From a virus, in the IMG/VR virus record IMGVR_UViG_3300031521_000011, positions 32,001 through 96,000 of that record: a stretch of DNA of 64,000 bases; one strand, given 5' to 3'. Shown here one piece after another: positions 62,629 to 64,000 of this stretch. The notes beneath the pieces are model-generated. The model ran no database searches. It worked only from the letters and a program-made list of their open reading frames with translations, and was not told where the DNA came from. A program made the position numbers and the translations under genes. Within the stretch, counting starts at the first letter, position 1. Each line of letters opens with the position of its first letter.

Positions 62629-63675
62629 ATGAGGCGTATGGAGAAGACAGCGGCTTTAAGGGCAAGAAGCATTTCGCAGCTTGCTGATTTCTTGCGCCGT
62701 GACGCCCGGGGTGTTGAAGGTGGCGATGTCGCCAAGGCAATACGGGGTATGTATAGCAAGGAAGGTGAGACTGGGTCTCTCTTCGTAGACGGAGCGAAAT
62801 GGCTTCTGAACAAAACACCCGGAGTTAAGAAACTGAAGCTTGGGCAGAAAATAGACGATGCCACGAGCCGGTACAAAGATTTTGTTATCAAGCATGATCT
62901 TAAGACCGGAAACTACATGGCAGACAAGCTGAAGAATACCAAACTCAAAAATGTATTTGTCGACAAGCGCCAAGTCAAGATGAATTCAGCGCCAAATGAA
63001 CCGGTTGTAAATTATGAGGTTGAAACGCCAAGTCTCCTCTCTCCGGTCCATAAGGCTAAGAAAGCTATTCTACCATTTGCTGGCGCAATGGCAATTTCAG
63101 ATCTTGGGTACAAAGCTATGAACAAAGAGAAGAGCGGTGAGAACATGCCAGGTGATAATGTGAAAAGTGCCAGCCTCATTAATCGGATTGTGGAAGTCGC
63201 AATGGATAAGACGGCTGACGACGCAGGATCCGTATCTAAGCAGGGCGTGGATTCAGACACGTTGCGCGAATTTGCAAAACTCGCTTTTGAGGCTAGTGAG
63301 ATGCTTAAGCAGGCTTCTGCACAGATCAATGCACAAAAGGTGGAGATCAGCAAGTTGGCCCATGAAAGCGGCATGATGGAACTAGCTTTAATTGCAAAAA
63401 CACGCTCCGGCAGGTCTATCGAGCTGGCTGATGATATGCTCGATAAAGGAATCATTAAGGTCGCCGATTATGAGGACAAAATCGACGATATCATGGAGAT
63501 GGATGACAACGCTTTTGGTGTCCTCAATCAAACAGTAGCCTGTATTAAAAAAGAATCTTCTGACAATTACGGCGTTACTGATTTGACTTTTCTCGAAAGA
63601 GATGATACCATAATTACAGAGAAACCAACGATGCAAGAGAGCATCTCTCAGGAAGCTCGTAAAATCAACAGGTGA
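62629..63675 (+). CDS. scaffold-like head protein
   Basis: MEKTAA, VKSAS, MDKTAD and LKQAS motifs; helical C-terminal half. Confidence 0.6.
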   Translation: MRRMEKTAALRARSISQLADFLRRDARGVEGGDVAKAIRGMYSKEGETGSLFVDGAKWLLNKTPGVKKLKLGQKIDDATSRYKDFVIKHDLKTGNYMADKLKNTKLKNVFVDKRQVKMNSAPNEPVVNYEVETPSLLSPVHKAKKAILPFAGAMAISDLGYKAMNKEKSGENMPGDNVKSASLINRIVEVAMDKTADDAGSVSKQGVDSDTLREFAKLAFEASEMLKQASAQINAQKVEISKLAHESGMMELALIAKTRSGRSIELADDMLDKGIIKVADYEDKIDDIMEMDDNAFGVLNQTVACIKKESSDNYGVTDLTFLERDDTIITEKPTMQESISQEARKINR

Positions 63676-63697
63676 ATATAAAGAGGAGGGTTCAACA

Positions 63698-64000
63698 ATG
63701 GCTATCAGAAATTCGGCTCGTTTCGACGAATACGCATATCGTATCGCCAACGCCAGCCTTGCTGCGGCAGTAGTAACGTCTGGAATCGAGGAAGGCCAGT
63801 GGGTCACATATGATACCGATGGCAACCTTGTAGTCGCAGGCGCTGCATCCGTAAAGGCCTTCATCGCAATCGGTTCCAAGCGTACCGGTCGCGACCAGGT
63901 TTCCGGTAAGGCAATTTCAAAAATCGCATACCTGCACGGTGCTTTCGTGCTGGAGACAAGCAAGTATGACACCAACGGCACATACACCGCTGCCATGACT
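63698..64000 (+). CDS. probable head decoration/cement protein (partial, runs off the window end)
   Basis: GAGGAGG RBS; MAIRNSARF...IEEGQWVTYDTDGNLVVA, beta-rich; position expected just before a major capsid gene. Confidence 0.55.
   Translation, partial: MAIRNSARFDEYAYRIANASLAAAVVTSGIEEGQWVTYDTDGNLVVAGAASVKAFIAIGSKRTGRDQVSGKAISKIAYLHGAFVLETSKYDTNGTYTAAMT

Noticed and set aside
1-64000. Alternative genetic code or stop-codon reassignment
   Set aside because: Long conserved genes are intact under the standard bacterial code, and TAA, TAG and TGA all end genes
1-64000. Integrase, transposase, retron/DGR or CRISPR-Cas genes
   Set aside because: No such motifs recognised in any ORF in this window

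Overview
This is a 64-kb segment of a large tailed dsDNA phage genome, probably infecting a Bacillota (clostridia-like) host, judged from strong GGAGG RBSs, an AbrB-like regulator, sigmaA-type promoters and an NlpC/P60 + PG-binding lysin. The two strands carry different gene classes. Minus strand: dense small accessory, metabolic and replication genes (coaD, MazG-like, Nudix, Tad1-like anti-defence sponge, NAD-dependent ligase, macrodomain, guanylate kinase, a WGR-PARP, DinG helicase, RuvC-like resolvase, SSB-like protein, HU, AbrB-like protein, tRNA-fMet). About 17 copies of a phage-specific element GTATAAG-NN-ATAAAA precede these units. Plus strand: islands of virion/morphogenesis genes (terminase large subunit, portal, prohead protease, scaffold-like and decoration-like proteins, many putative internal head proteins), preceded by about 12 host-type TTG(C)nn-17-TA(T/C)AAT-like promoters. 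The operon carrying the portal ends in a 2296-aa single-chain beta+beta' RNA polymerase. The simplest model (inference) is a virion-packaged fused RNAP reading the early promoters while host RNAP drives late genes. The plus-strand proteins share a dense K-x-A motif, a conserved leader MDKVAxYKExIYKxA, and acidic-propeptide/cationic Gly-zipper architectures, suggesting a capsid-addressing and proteolytic cargo-release system. An iteron/AT-rich origin-like locus sits at 58.8-59.2 kb and a structured RNA candidate at 51.2-51.3 kb. All family calls come from motif recognition by eye; no database searches were run.
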